A stretch of 64,000 nt of DNA from Amoebidium appalachense (lineage: Eukaryota; Protista; Ichthyosporea), in assembly GCA_963693365.1 (NCBI GenBank), contig CAVNZM010000010.1:9010554-9074553 (forward strand). Reading direction: 5' to 3'. Position 1 is the first letter of the stretch; each line of letters starts with the position of its first letter. The notes below the pieces were generated by a model. It saw only the letters and a program-made list of their open reading frames with translations. It was not told the origin of the DNA and searched no databases. Shown one piece after another: positions 1-18,340 of the stretch. The position numbers and the translations under genes were made by a program.

Positions 1-155
1 GCACACATTTGCTTACGTGATTGAGAGCTACTTATCAGGCTAATGTTATAGCTGTAGGTCCGCTTTGCCCACTGGTCACTGGTATGTAATCGATCGAAAG
101 GTCGACCATCCCACCACATAGGCAAAAGTGCCTATATGTAATGCGGCCATGTTAA

Positions 156-422
156 AGCAACCACGGCTTCTTCCATTTTAAGCCTAAATCGAGGAAGATA
201 TGCTCGAGGATTTCAGATTGCCCTGGCGCTGCTTGTGAAATCCTCGATCTCATAACGCCATCGAGGGCTCAGATTTGGTGGAAAAAAATTGTGCACATAA
301 TGACGTCACTCCCTCGATGGCTTGATAAGATCGAGAATTTCACAGGCCGTGCCAGGGCAATCGGAAATCCTCGATCGGATCAACCTCGATCGGGGCTTAA
401 AATGGAAGAAGCGATGGTTGCT
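156..422. mobile_element. Non-autonomous fold-back MITE with TTAA target-site duplication (Kolobok-like termini)
   Basis: Imperfect inverted arms of ~110 bp (AGCAACCACGGCTTCTTCCATTTTAAGCC... / ...GGCTTAAAATGGAAGAAGCGATGGTTGCT). TTAA at 152-155 and 423-426. AG...CT termini with a TTAA TSD match the Kolobok superfamily. No coding capacity. Confidence 0.75.
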
Positions 423-1119
423 TTAACCTCTTGAGACCCAGACTAATTGATTTGGACGGGCCCCGTCCAAGGCCTAAACAACTCTATTGCGGCTCAAAAT
501 CGATAGAAAAAGCTCAAATAATTTGCATATGCCGACAGGTATTTGTCTTACCTACATACTTTACTAAGATGGTTTGTGGAACATATCATTATTACGTATA
601 CTTTTATATCTGTTTCTGAAGGGACTTTCGAGATTTTGAGAAAATCTTGGAGCTGCCATCGAATGTCGACTATGCCGACCAATCGAATTCTGTCATTTTC
701 CACAACGGTCCAATCAGAAGCTTGCATTGACAGCATTTGGATGTCGACATTGACTCGTCGAGCCGGGAAGCACCCTTCGTAATCAAACCATATACAAAGT
801 ATCGTGTACTAGAACAAAGTTCATTTTTTTTTTTCCCGCAAATAAATGAGCTCAATGGCTATGCCATATCGCTATCGCCCAGCCTCGGTCGGCCAGGCTC
901 GCTGCCAGGGCTCGCGTTCGCTCGCCCTGATGGGGCTGCGAGCCCCACTTCACTCGCCCCACTGAGTAGGCGCATCTGGCATCTTCGGTCGCAATCGGCC
1001 CGCGCGTGCGAGCAGTCACGTTGTACTGACTGAGGCTGGTGGGGCGTGCCCGCCGCGGAAGGGCTCGAATTTGATTATGGAACAGCTTGCCACAAGCGCA
1101 TGTTCAATACGATCCAGGG

Positions 1120-1210
1120 CTTGATTGGACCAAAAGCTGTGATGGAGCGCCGCGCTACAGCACTGGCAACCTGATTGGATCGCGCTAAGTTTTCTGCAAC
1201 CTGATTGGTT
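1120..1210 (+). promoter_or_regulatory. Cluster of inverted CCAAT boxes upstream of the first gene
   Basis: Three TGATTGG motifs (~1122, ~1172, ~1202) within 140 bp upstream of ATG 1259. The same motif recurs upstream of the genes at 24461 (~24132, ~24185) and 31092 (~31211, CCAAT ~31246). Confidence 0.4.
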
Positions 1211-1258
1211 CCGGGATTATTGCGAACAGCTTAGTCCTTCCTCTCCCAAACACTCTCT

Positions 1259-8202
<6,944 letters not shown>

Positions 8203-9840
8203 CACGTGTGCCCCCCCCAGTCAAACATGCACGTGGATGCGACCACATTATCTGCACACTTGCTCTCTTACTCAGTCCCATATTCGCACATTCATATAAT
8301 CTGCTCGTATGCACACCACACAGGCATTCTCCTTTTGGTAGTTCTTCCCCCCCTTTTTCTTTCCTTTTTTTTTTTTTTTTTTTTTTTTTTTTGCGCGCGC
8401 AGTGCACGGCGTTTTATGTATTTTCGCACTCCTCTGTGGCATGGTCGTGAGGTGGTGGCCTATCGAAAGTTCCAGGGGAGGTTGGCTTTTTCTTGTTTTC
8501 CCATTTTGCATAACAGACGCATTGGGCAAACACAAAGATTTTTGTAAGCACGTACACATTTTATAACACAACAGACACCAACACATGCACCACCACACAC
8601 ACACAAACCACCCGTCCTGACACACAAGCAAGGCATGCATACGCACAGCCCACACGTAAGTGCACGGTGTACGTCTCTTCCTGTGGTTGACATGTGTGCC
8701 GGACATAGGGACGAAAAACATTCTGAATGTATTGCCCACCCTGTCTGATACACAGGTGATACTTGATATTTGGACGCATGGCTATATGTAAGTGCTCTTG
8801 TGATATAGACACATGTGCGATATGTGATGTTTACATAGGCGAAGGCAGCATGTTTATTTGTTAATATGAAGATATGCATTTTAAGAGCTGCAAGTACGCA
8901 GCAGGGAGTAACCGGGGCACAAACAAGGAATCGTTACGGGTAGCAGGGTGGCCCGGCAGCCACTGTTTTAAGCGTTTGAATAAAAACAGTTGCGCCCAAG
9001 CCTGGTTAGCCGTAAGGCTTCAACAATTGATGCTGGTGCTTGCACCATCGTTTGAAACTGGTTTGCTTTCCGTCGCTGCCTAAGCTAAGACGTGTGTGTT
9101 GTGGAAGGCATAAACCTGGTCACACACGCATATATGTGGCCTGCACACCATACACATATGTACTGCACAACCCCATCGTGCCCACGATTGTGGTGTACGT
9201 ACGTGCATGGCATTGCATGCGCTATGCTTATATTTATGCCCACCAAGTCTTTGCTGGGCCAGCTTCACACGCACAAACCATTCCAGGTAAGAAGACCACA
9301 AGCATCGAGCTCAGGCACGTTTTATTTACAATTCACTGGAACCAGTCCGTGTATACCAGCTATATTAATGCCTGGCAAAGTTTTGCAACTGCAGATGTAC
9401 ATGTGTGCCCACAAATGGATCTGATCAATGCGGTTGTGTAAAGTTCAACTTGGTACGTACGGTGGCATATTGAATACAAGTAGGTCTGTGCGCCGGCTGT
9501 CGCCGGCGCCAAAACATAACGAAACAGTTATTGATGTTGGGTTGTGTGGTTGTTACCACTCCCCCCTCCCCCCCCGCCCCTCCCCCCCCCCTGCCTGCCC
9601 CCCCCACCTCACACTTTCCCCCCTCCCCTCCCTGGCCCTTTGGCCTCACGCTCCCCCCCCCCCCGGCCCCCCCCCCCCCCCCCCCCCCAATCCTGCAGTT
9701 GCCGGATCTGCCAAATGTTATGACCCTTTTCCCTTTCATTTAACCCCCCTCCCCCCACTCCCCCCCCCTCCCCCCCCCCCCCCCCCCCTTCTTTCTGGCC
9801 CCCCTCCCACGGGGCACCCTGGGCAGTGGCGGCGGTAGCA

Positions 9841-9889
<49 letters not shown>

Positions 9890-10274
9890 TCGAAATTGCA
9901 AAGTGAGGTAATGGGTATGAGCAAATTATGTGGGAAGTGATGGGAGTGGGGCCAGCCCAAATAAGTTAAATTCATTTATTTTGCCAGAAGGAGGCAGCCT
10001 GTATGGCAACTATGAACAGCTAAGTAGGTAAACCTACCCCTCCCCCCTTCCCCCCCTTCCGCCTTCCCCTCCCCCTTAGAAACCCCCCGCCCCCTCCCCC
10101 CAGCTACCCCCCTCCCCCCCCCACTTTTTTTTTTTAATTATTTTGCCAACCCCCCCCCCCCTCCCCCCTCCCCCTGCTGCCCCCTGTGTCCTTCATGTCA
10201 AGGACCTGAATATTTATGACATGGTGCACGTGGTACCAAAAGCAGTGAATGGTGGTGTGTTGTGATTAATGTAA

Positions 10275-11140
10275 TCAGGGGGGTTGAAGATTATTGCGAA
10301 TGTAGGGAGAAACGACATTGACGGTGTAGGCAATGGCATTTGCAGAAATGTCATTTTCATGTACACAGATAAGTATGTGTCTACGTGTGCGGACACGGCC
10401 TAGTGCCACATAGAGTTGACCGTGAGCAAACACAGGAGTACGTAAATACAAACCGCAGACGTCGAGGGTTTGGCCTTGGGATTTGTTAATGGTGAGTCCG
10501 TAGGCAAGCTTTAAAGGATACTGTTTTCTATTCACTGTTACACCTCGGGTTGGTTGAAATTGGAAGGTAAATCTAGGTATGAGAACAGACTCGACAGATC
10601 CTAAGGAATCAACTATGCGGTCGCAACGAATGTAGTAATTGTATAGTTCCCTTATGATTAGTTTTGTGCCATTGACCAATTGGTGGTGGATGGAGAGGTT
10701 TCGCATGAGCATAACTACAGCACCTACCTTGAAAACGAATTTATGGTCAGGTATTCCTGGGTGGTGCACTGACGCCAAGAAGTCTTCCGTGAAAATGTTG
10801 TCATTGCAGGTATCAAAGCTTAGTTTTGTAATTGGTTCACCAGGTATTTTATCCAAAATGGCGGCGTTGATTGAATCGACCATCTCATGTGTGGGTGCCA
10901 AAATAGCACTTCTATACATGTTTTGAGGCTGAGTAAGTACAGCTTCAGGATAGACAAAGTCTATGACGTCCTGCAACGAAGTGGTGGTAGGAAAGAGTTC
11001 TGGAGAGAGTTGGATTTTGTTGACAACTGCCTCAGGATCGGTAGCGTGTGGGAAAGCCGTTTTCGGAAGTTTGTCTTCCCCTAAGTTGAGGACTGCATTA
11101 GCATAGTCGGGATCTGAAGCATTTCGCATGGAAGTATGGA
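10275..11140 (-). pseudogene. 5'-truncated Helitron RepHel: C-terminal half of a PIF1/SF1B helicase
   Basis: Motifs SMR..D..YA..VLNLG, AILAPTHEMVDSIN, KVGAVVMLMRNL...LVNGTKL, QYPLKLAYGLTINKSQGQTL and FAHGQLYVALGRV are present. The Walker A/B half and the Rep (HUH) domain are absent. The ORF breaks at a junction near 11140. Confidence 0.9.
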
Positions 11141-11518
11141 TGTCCTCTCGGTTGTGATGCTTCCCACCAACCTTAAGCCCGGTGAGAGGCACACCGCTGC
11201 TATGGTCAAGGGCAGGAACACCACCATGTGCCTGAATGCCACGAACAACGCCGAACCCAACATGCAGATCGTCGTCATGGTGTTCAACAACGAGAAGGAC
11301 CCCAAGTACTTGGAGATGGCCAAGGGGTTTACGCTGTTTACTCGAGGCAAAGAGAACCAGTCTCAGGTATGGGGGGGGGGGGTTTGCTCGGAATATCCCC
11401 TCAGCGGTATATCATGATCACGTACATAGATGTCGGGTGGTGACTATATATCAGGGTTTACTTTCTCTACGAGACACCATAAAGACTACAAGGAGAAATC
11501 AATTAGTTGGGGTTCCCC

Positions 11519-11573
<55 letters not shown>

Positions 11574-11605
11574 GGGCTCCCCTCGGGACACTCGGTATCA
11601 GCTGG

Positions 11606-11668
<63 letters not shown>

Positions 11669-11670
11669 CG

Positions 11671-14600
11671 CTATAATTTTGTAGTGATGTGTTTCTCAAG
11701 CCAATCAATACATCTAATAAACAGGTCGTAGTTACGCGTGTTTAGTATAAAATCAAGGATGTTGTAATTTACAGGTAGGCTATCTTTCTGGGTGTCTGTT
11801 GTGAATGTGACGTGTGTGTGTTGCGGTATTATGTGGTCTATCAAACTACATTTGGCGATACATGACCGGTTAAACTGGTGTGTGTGTGTGTTGTTTGGGC
11901 ATGCAAATGATGCCACCTTATACTTATTAGATCTCCACTGTATAGCACGTGTACAGTAAAAGCGTGGTAATTGATCAATAATACCATCAGCTAGAGAAAG
12001 ACCAGTTCTACAGGAAGGTAATATGTATTTAGGTGTTATACACTTGCGAGTGCCATATTTGGCAATATGGTTGAGGCGGTCAGTATATATAAAACGAGAC
12101 ATAAGGCTTAGTTTTTCAAGGTGTATGCTTTCATCGGGTCTAGTGTCGTGTGGTATCTTTTTCCATTTGTTATATTGCGTGATTATCTTGTGATTGTGTA
12201 CATGTTTAATAAGTAAGTGGCAGTCCAAAGTCACACACACACTATTGCGGGGTTTATTTGTATTTGTGCCCAGGGGAGAAGGGGAGAGAGAGGGGAGGAA
12301 AGAGGGGAGAGGTGAGGAGGGGACAGGTCGGATAGAGAAGAGAGGGTGGGAGGGCAAATACTTCTTTAAGCGGCTTATGTGCTTATTGAATTTCAGCGCG
12401 AGATAGGATACTCTAGCAGCTATTGGGACCAGACCATATATCGAGAGCGTTACAGGCCCAGGTTTACAACAGTTGTTAGATAGAAAGGAGGCAACTTCTG
12501 CTTCAAGGAAATTTGCCAAGGGTTTAAGCGCTCTAGTTCTCTCTTTCTTGATCCAAGCGGCGAGAAGGGGTAAACCATATTCACATGCCGGGAAGACAAA
12601 AGTGCGAATAAATGTAAGTCTAATAGACGGATGGAGGGGTGTGTCTTTAAAAATATTAGCCGAGAAGAAAGCTAACCGCTTACGAGCCAACTCTACCCTC
12701 TTTTCGACCATATGGGGAAACATAACACCAACAGAATCAACCGGAACACCAAGATATTTGTATTCTGGAACTATAGGTACAGGTTTAGATGATAATGTAA
12801 ATGTGTGTAAATTGTTAGCTATATCAGGTACAAGAACACCACATTTGTCTATGTTAAGGATCATAAGGTTTGCCTTGCACCACTCTGACACTACATCGAA
12901 CAATCTTTGCAGGCGTCTAGGGGTACGGGCAAGGAGGGACAGATCATCAGCATAGAGAAGTGCAGGCGGAAAGTTATTAATAGGGTCATCGTTTTCGGCG
13001 TAAATCTTGACAGCCAAATCATCTATAAATAGGTTAAACAAAAAGGGGCTAAGCAATGAACCCTGCAAGAGACCTCTAGTACGAGCAAAACCATATGAAA
13101 GATGCCCATTAACCACAGCTCTACCATAGGTTTGAGACAAGAGTGCTTCTAACAGAACACCAATGCAGTGTGGTACACCCCGTGCAGCAAGCAAAATTTC
13201 CCATAGGAGACCAGGGGAGACAGAATCGTAAGCAGTTTTCCAATCAATAAAGCCAACATATTGTGCACCAACTTGCATAGAATCGTGCAGTGCCATTATT
13301 TGAACATAACATGAATTGTTTTTACGAAAAGCGGATTGGCATGTGTGTATGTGAAGAATAGATTGAAACCTAGGGTGATGTGCAAATAACCTAAGTAAGC
13401 AAGCTTCAAAGAATCTACGAACAACCTGGGTTAGTGTAATGGGGCGAAAGGATGATATGGGGCCCTCAGAGTCCTTCTTAACTATGGGGATCACTAAGGT
13501 ATCTAACCAAGATGACGGGACATGTCCACATTTAACACACCAAGAAAAGAGAGAGCTTAACATGATAGTAAGATCAGGTTTAATAGCACGATCACTTTCC
13601 TTTTGTGGGTAGGAGGGAACAAGGATTTTAAGAAACCCAGCAGGGAGTCCATCAGGTCCACAAGACTTACTAGAGCTATAACTAGATATCACAGACCATA
13701 TGGCATCGGGACTGAAAAAGGGGAGGATCGATTCTATGGGGATAGATGGGTCTACAGGCCACACAATAGGTTTCTGAGCGGGGGTCCTATCTTTAAACAG
13801 TTCCGAGAAATACTTATCAGAGTCTATGAGGGGGTCTCCAGTGGTATCACCAATAATACGAGCAGGGGGGCCAAATCGATTCATACTAGCAAGCCGGCGC
13901 AAGCTTTCCTTTTGAGACAGGGGTTCACCTAGTCTAGCGGGAGTGGTGTTTGGTAACAAGAGAGCATCGGGATATTCCTTCCTACCACCGCCAGCATAAT
14001 CACCGAGATCTATCAAATCATCAACAATAAAGTTAGTGCATGTATCTAGTACGAGATGTGAATCTGGCCTGGCTTGTGCAGATTCTAATAGGCGCATATA
14101 TATAGGGTGTTTCGTAGCATAGCATACACATACATCAACTCTACTCCACTGTGACTTAAGCTGGGATAGACGGAGGCGAAAGGTGGGAGGGGGAGGGGGG
14201 AGCAGATCAAGGGAGATCTTAGGTAGGAAAAGGATAGGAGAGTGGTCAGATGACCTAGAGAGGTTAGGAGGGAGAGAGAGTTTTGACATGGTTGATGGCC
14301 AAAAGGCCACTCCCCAGTCGGTGTTGTGGGCATGGGATATTTGAGGGAACCGCAAAGTGTGACTTTGGACATACCTTGCTAAAGGGATAGCACGCTCCGG
14401 GGGCTTAGATGGGTACCCGACACTCACTTGCAGTGTGTCTGTGTGGTGGAGTCGCGTGTTAAAATCACCTAAAATAACAGTGGACATTGGTAACTGTGAC
14501 AACTCGTGAGTCAATTCGACAACCGACATAGATGGTGGGTAATATACAAAAGTAAAAACATTAGAAAGAAACTCTATAGAAACCGAGAATTCCGTTTTTG

Positions 14601-14859
14601 CTACCGGTTTGCACTTCACTCTCACGTGTGGTGCGGCAAGTACAATAATGCCTCGGTTTTTCGCGTAACCGGGGTGTGTGGATGTGTCGACCAATGTAGA
14701 GTTGAATTTGTGGTGGTTTTTAAACTGTGTTTCGCAAATCACTGTAAACGTGTGGTTGTTTGTCTGTTGTTGTATGTAGCTGATTTTATCGTCGAGTGTC
14801 CCGGGGGGAGGCCCTTTTGGGGGCCCAGTGTCCGAGCATTCCAGAAGAAGAAGGATAAA
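11671..14859 (-). CDS. LINE ORF2: apurinic-like endonuclease, reverse transcriptase and Cys/His C-terminus; no in-frame ATG start
   Basis: APE motifs ICET, VYYPP, ILGDFN and SDHSPI. RT motifs KSCGPDG, FRPITL, QSAFR, FIDWKTAYDSV, GLLQGSLLSPFLFNLFID, LYADD and YKYLG. The frame stays open upstream of the track's GTG (14742) right up to the ORF1 stop. Confidence 0.95.
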   Translation of the reverse strand, partial: FILLLLECSDTGPPKGPPPGTLDDKISYIQQQTNNHTFTVICETQFKNHHKFNSTLVDTSTHPGYAKNRGIIVLAAPHVRVKCKPVAKTEFSVSIEFLSNVFTFVYYPPSMSVVELTHELSQLPMSTVILGDFNTRLHHTDTLQVSVGYPSKPPERAIPLARYVQSHTLRFPQISHAHNTDWGVAFWPSTMSKLSLPPNLSRSSDHSPILFLPKISLDLLPPPPPTFRLRLSQLKSQWSRVDVCVCYATKHPIYMRLLESAQARPDSHLVLDTCTNFIVDDLIDLGDYAGGGRKEYPDALLLPNTTPARLGEPLSQKESLRRLASMNRFGPPARIIGDTTGDPLIDSDKYFSELFKDRTPAQKPIVWPVDPSIPIESILPFFSPDAIWSVISSYSSSKSCGPDGLPAGFLKILVPSYPQKESDRAIKPDLTIMLSSLFSWCVKCGHVPSSWLDTLVIPIVKKDSEGPISSFRPITLTQVVRRFFEACLLRLFAHHPRFQSILHIHTCQSAFRKNNSCYVQIMALHDSMQVGAQYVGFIDWKTAYDSVSPGLLWEILLAARGVPHCIGVLLEALLSQTYGRAVVNGHLSYGFARTRGLLQGSLLSPFLFNLFIDDLAVKIYAENDDPINNFPPALLYADDLSLLARTPRRLQRLFDVVSEWCKANLMILNIDKCGVLVPDIANNLHTFTLSSKPVPIVPEYKYLGVPVDSVGVMFPHMVEKRVELARKRLAFFSANIFKDTPLHPSIRLTFIRTFVFPACEYGLPLLAAWIKKERTRALKPLANFLEAEVASFLSNNCCKPGPVTLSIYGLVPIAARVSYLALKFNKHISRLKKYLPSHPLFSIRPVPSSPLPSFLPSLSPSPLGTNTNKPRNSVCVTLDCHLLIKHVHNHKIITQYNKWKKIPHDTRPDESIHLEKLSLMSRFIYTDRLNHIAKYGTRKCITPKYILPSCRTGLSLADGIIDQLPRFYCTRAIQWRSNKYKVASFACPNNTHTHQFNRSCIAKCSLIDHIIPQHTHVTFTTDTQKDSLPVNYNILDFILNTRNYDLFIRCIDWLEKHITTKL

Positions 14860-16044
14860 TTAGGCATCGGTTTGGTCCGACACCTGTGGGGTTGGTTCCC
14901 ACTTGTCGCTTACGGGGTCGTATGCACGACCTTCCGCCAGCGCGAACAGTTCGCAGAAGAGCTCGATTTCCATCTCGCATCGGCGTTTGCGCTCGAGCAG
15001 TTTCTCACCAGAAAACATTGGTTCCTTCGTGTCCGTGTCTATCACGCTCGTAGCATCGTTTTCCAACTTTGCGAGGAACTCTTTTGCCTTGCTGATGCGT
15101 ACACGACAACGTGTGGCGCACGCATTCTTAGCAGACACTTTACGTTCTTTGTCTGCTTTCTGAATGTTTTCCGGCGCGCATGGGTCGTAGCTTGGGAGGT
15201 GGGTGAAGAAGCTTCCACACCCCTTTGTCGCGTCACGGATGAACGCACGGTTATAGTCGCCCCGTACTGCTACTTCCAGCACATCGTATCCAATGAAGGA
15301 CAGACAAAGGATGCGAGAGCACCGGAAGCCGAGAGCCTTGAAGATGGACCACATGGCCCTGTGTGGGCGTCTGCCGTGCTTGACTTTGAAATACACCCTC
15401 TCGTATTTGGGTGGGATGTTGATGTTACCGTTTGCTTGGGTGTTCCCCTTAGCCGGCGGTTTGGGAGGGGAGTTGCGGCGGTACTCGTTGCCTGCAAGAA
15501 TGCTGGCATATGTTTCCTTGGCAATTTGGCGGAGCTCGGGTGTTTTACGAGAGTTCGCATATTCTAGGAACTCTGCCGGGAGCTGTGCTTCCGGTCCTGT
15601 GTTGTTTTGTGTTGGGGTGGAAATGTCTCCGTCGCGAGATGTTTGCTCATGAGTTTTGGGGTTTTGCGATCCACTAATGTTTAGCTGGGCTGTGAGTGAA
15701 TCAATGGTGAGCTTGAGTTGGGTATTTTCTGTTTGGAGTTTTTCTATCATGTTCTTGAGTGGTAACAGCTCATTTAGCTGTTTCTTAACGAGGGCAAGTT
15801 CTGCCAGTACTGTATCAACCGAAAGTTTCGGCATGGTTGTTATTGTGTTTCTACGGAGTGGTGTGGTGTTATTCTGAATGGGTAGTGTATTGTAAATAGG
15901 TGTTGCGCTTAGTCTAAGGCGATGTTTTTCTGGTTGTGCATCTGTGGTAGGTGTATCTGCTGGACGTTTTAATGGTCGCACATGTGTGATGGGTGTAGAT
16001 GGAACTTTGAAAGAGGTTCTGAAACGATTATAGGCATGTGCCAT
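14860..16044 (-). CDS. LINE ORF1 (coiled coil plus putative RNA-binding domain)
   Basis: 394-aa ORF directly upstream of ORF2. Heptad segment LAELALVKKQLNELL..MIEKLQTENTQLKLTIDSLTAQL, TYASIL motif, and an RRM-like RILCLSFIGYDVLEVAV..DY...YDP region. Confidence 0.85.
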   Translation of the reverse strand: MAHAYNRFRTSFKVPSTPITHVRPLKRPADTPTTDAQPEKHRLRLSATPIYNTLPIQNNTTPLRRNTITTMPKLSVDTVLAELALVKKQLNELLPLKNMIEKLQTENTQLKLTIDSLTAQLNISGSQNPKTHEQTSRDGDISTPTQNNTGPEAQLPAEFLEYANSRKTPELRQIAKETYASILAGNEYRRNSPPKPPAKGNTQANGNINIPPKYERVYFKVKHGRRPHRAMWSIFKALGFRCSRILCLSFIGYDVLEVAVRGDYNRAFIRDATKGCGSFFTHLPSYDPCAPENIQKADKERKVSAKNACATRCRVRISKAKEFLAKLENDATSVIDTDTKEPMFSGEKLLERKRRCEMEIELFCELFALAEGRAYDPVSDKWEPTPQVSDQTDA

Positions 16045-16150
16045 GACATGGATGGGGGTGTTCCCCGGCCCTTAGGGCCACGGATGGCCTGGTTTAGGGG
16101 TGGATGCGCGAAGGATACTATTTATTAGCAGATAATAAAGAGCGACATTT

Positions 16151-16224
16151 GAATCGATGTGTGCGACTGAATCGATGTGTGCGACTTAATCGATGTGTGC
16201 GACTGAATCGATGTGCGACTGAAT
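16151..16224. repeat. 18-bp tandem repeat GAATCGATGTGTGCGACT, ~4 copies
   Basis: Directly visible. It produces the RLNRCV repeats in the ORF track. Confidence 0.9.
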
Positions 16225-17749
16225 GGCCAAAAACAGTGCTGGTAGCGTCGTCCATGTGCAGGGCCGTTTGTCTGCCAATGTGCACGTGGAAACATTTGTC
16301 ACGGCGTAACCGCCCTGGAGCCACCCATGTGATCAAGGGTGCCGGGATCGTCACCCAAGTTGTCTCGGCAGCTCATAAGGCCGCATTCAAGACCATGGTT
16401 GCACCCCACATGTGGAGTGCGTATGGCGCCGTTGTGCTCGGGATTGAGAAAGTCTACAAACCCAAGATCAACCTGACAGACGCCGATGCAGCGCTGGCAA
16501 GTGTGGATATGAAGTGCATGGGGCGCATCTATGGGGTCGGGAATAAGGAGGATCGTTACATTGGTCAACCCGTGTGCATGGTGCGTGCCGTTGCCAAGAT
16601 GCTCCGTAACAAAGACGGCACCCTTGACCACGTACTGGCTCGAGGGAGGCATCGTCCAGGCGTCCGGTGAGCTTACCTACATCCAGGGCAAGAACATTTT
16701 CGTTCTCGACACCACTGTGGGTGGGACATGTGTGCTCGTGCGGGGACCGGCTGCCACTACTGCTGCCACACCCACTGGATCCGACATCAAACTGGGCAAC
16801 CTGCAGCTGTCTGGGGCGAGCAACTCTGCCCTTCGTGGATTGGCTGCTATTCTATCCTATGATGATGTGAACGAGGAAAACGGGGAGAAGGAAGACATGA
16901 ACGAGGACGAGCCCGTTGCCACCCCTACCAAGAAACGTAAGATGGGGGCAAAGCTTTTCCTGTCGACCGACGACGACGACGTCCCTCTGAAGGATATTGC
17001 AGCCATCAAGAAAACCAAGGACAACGACAATTTGATGGGCCGCGTCAATTCCGATGTTGACGAGCCCGAGGATTCCAATTCGGAGGGAGAAGACGGTGAC
17101 GATGACATCGAGGAAGATTACGGCTTGCTCGATGGTGCAGCCATTTTCAACGTTGAGGATTAACTTCCAGTGCTGCAGTGCCCATAGCCCATTTCCACTA
17201 TGTATTGTTTGTAATAATATATTTTGATTTATTTGACGTTATCTAATACTATTGGGGATAGAACAAACAAACCAAAACAATGATGTTCTGTTTAGTTGTG
17301 GGAATTAATTGCATGGAATTCTAATAGCACTGTGTTATCAGTCTAGGGAGAGATTGCCATTGCCGAAGTACCAAGTTTACTTGTGGTCCTCCAAAAACAT
17401 GTAGCTGAAAACCACCAAGTGCAATATGTTTTAAATTGCTTGCAAAATTTTTATAATATTATTATTATCTTGTTGTTTTACTTATTTTACAGAACTGTAT
17501 GGTAACCCCCTTCATGATATGTATGGGCACGCAATAAAACTTTCCACGTGCACTGAGTGCCAGGTGGGCAACATATTTCCGTGCATACTTGCTTATCTTT
17601 CCGTCAAATAAATCCAGTCAAAAGAAAAAAAAATTGGCACCCCCCCGAAATGTTCCCGAACATAAAATCATCATTCTACGGTGTGTGTCAATATACCATG
17701 CTCACAAGTCAGTACTGCAATTATACTATTCTCAGTTTACTTCAAAGCA

Positions 17750-17785
<36 letters not shown>

Positions 17786-18286
17786 CCCTCTTCCCATTCC
17801 CTGCCCCCCCAAATTTTTTTAAGTTATGCTTTTCATACTCAGTGACTGCAATCATGGCACCCGTGTTTTCTAGATATATTTCCTTTCATTGTGTTCAACG
17901 TCTATGTGTGTGTGTGTGTGTGTGTGTGTGCATGTTTGTGTGTGTGTGAATGTGTGTGTGTGGGCCAAGTGAAGGTTGTATGCGCTTTTTTTCTTCTTAG
18001 TTGTTTTTGTATTCTATTCGATTATTACTTTGTGTGTAAATGTGGAAAAAAAACAAATAAAAAAACAACGACCACCGCCCAGCTTGAATCACCCTAGCTC
18101 TAGTGTAAAACAATAATCATTATCAGTCACAAACACTTCTACTACACTCGCCCCAAATGTCATATTCACATTACTGAGTTGATTTAGTTGTGTTTTTTAC
18201 TCTATTTTTTTCAACAACTGTCTGCTATTAAACAGTAAAATGTACATCTGTTTGTGTGTGTGTGTGTGTGTGTGTGCCACAGGCCG

Positions 18287-18340
<54 letters not shown>

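Larger units (their letters stand above)
11520..16060 (-). mobile_element. Apparently full-length APE-type non-LTR retrotransposon (LINE)
   Basis: 50-nt poly(A) tail (T run 11520-11569), short 3' UTR with (CA)n, ORF2 with APE and RT, ORF1 with a coiled coil. Possible 8-bp TSD GTTCCCCG at 11512-11519 and 16060-16067. The 5' boundary could instead lie nearer 16100-16150. Confidence 0.9.
11141..17163 (+). pseudogene. Helitron passenger gene, possibly a tandem OB-fold ssDNA-binding protein with an acidic tail; 5'-truncated, frameshifted and split by the LINE
   Basis: Coding-like exon 11141-11366 (donor GTATGG at 11367). Downstream segment ~16237-17163 needs two frameshifts. It has repeated beta motifs GSVVHVQGRLS and GGIVQASGELT, an NLS-like PTKKRK and a D/E-rich C-terminus. 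Confidence 0.5.

Noticed and set aside
14506-15567. 353-aa plus-strand ORF antisense to the LINE ORF1/ORF2 junction
   Set aside because: It is the exact mirror frame of the LINE coding strand, starts at GTG and has no recognisable motif, so it is a shadow ORF.
16054-16110. HDV-like ribozyme at the LINE 5' end
   Set aside because: Hairpins are present, but I could not build the nested double pseudoknot (P1-P1.1-P2-P3-P4) by eye.
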